64,000 nucleotides of DNA from the human T2T-CHM13v2.0 reference genome, Homo sapiens. Under the pieces are notes generated by a model. That model made no database searches. It saw only the letters and a program-made list of their open reading frames with translations, and was not told the DNA's origin. The position numbers and the translations under genes were made by a program. Shown one piece after another: positions 63,380 to 64,000 of this stretch. Position 1 is the stretch's first letter. The number at the start of each line of letters is the position of its first letter. The stretch lies in NCBI RefSeq assembly GCF_009914755.1, contig NC_060930.1; one strand, 5' to 3'.

Positions 63380-64000
63380 TTTTTTTTTTTTTCATTTATT
63401 CCCAGGTATTTGAGTTGCCATGTGGAGTCCTTTCCTTAGCCTAATACTGTTTTCTCTCACCACCTCCTTTTTATTGTTATTGATAAAATACTATATTTCT
63501 ATAAGTTATAGGCCCAACAATATTATTTTATACAAATGCTTTTTAAAAACCAGTTAAGATAATAAAGATGAAAAAATGTGAATTTATACTGTCTTAATAA
63601 TTATATGATAATCTTTACTAGAATTCTTTTGTGTGTTATGTGGATCCAAATTACTGCCTGGGGTCAGTCTCAGTCTGAAAAACTTCCTTTAGCATTTTGT
63701 TAAAAGGTGGGTCTGTTAGCAACAAATTCTCTCAGTTTTAATTTATTTGAGAATGTCTGTTTCATCTTCAGTTTTGAAAGGTAGCTTTGCTGAAAAAAGA
63801 TTCTTGGTTGACAGGTCCCCCTCTACACTCCTGCTTTAATTCCTGTGAATGCTATCCCACTGTCTCTGGCCCCCAGTTTCCTCTGAGAAGTCAGCTGTTA
63901 ATCTTACTGGGGTTTCTTGTAGAGGATGAGTCATTTTTCTCTGGCTACTTCCAAGATTTTCTTTGCCTTTAGCTTTTGGCATCTTTACTATAATGTATCT
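63380..64000 (-). mobile_element. Old L1M fragment
   Basis: gtctgttagcaacaaattctctcag...gagaagtcagctgttaatct typical of antisense L1M. Confidence 0.65.

Overview
Primate, most likely human, genomic DNA: AT-rich, CpG-poor and rich in Alu, L1, L2, MIR, DNA-transposon and ERV remnants. It holds two convergent gene 3' ends. On the + strand are the last five coding exons of KLHL32 (end of BACK domain plus six Kelch repeats; 17192-17918, 30828-30886, 34181-34373, 36077-36171, 42547-42708; 411 aa; likely polyA signal 44152). On the - strand are the last three coding exons of MMS22L (55198-55294, 53280-53447, 50233-50314), with a ~4.6 kb 3' UTR ending near 45580. From memory the locus is 6q16.1. I see no prokaryote-type system, and most ORFs in the track are repeat-derived or chance. 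The best leads are a set of KLHL32 RNA-processing switches that could change how many Kelch blades are made: a candidate 79-nt cassette exon with its own in-frame ATG and the same phases as the 727-nt exon, a +4 tandem acceptor, a weak donor followed by an intronic polyA signal, a weak 59-nt exon whose skipping gives an immediate stop, a frame-required GC-AG intron, and an Alu-flanked 288-nt stop-free exon pair that could circularise. Other leads are a repeat-free intronic element with a perfect PBX-MEIS decamer, a 173-bp AT-rich palindrome, a templated-insertion scar at an L1 junction, an internally deleted ERV1 mini-provirus, and a (UG)25 tract in the MMS22L 3' UTR. Exon coordinates were read by hand; repeat boundaries and subfamilies are approximate.
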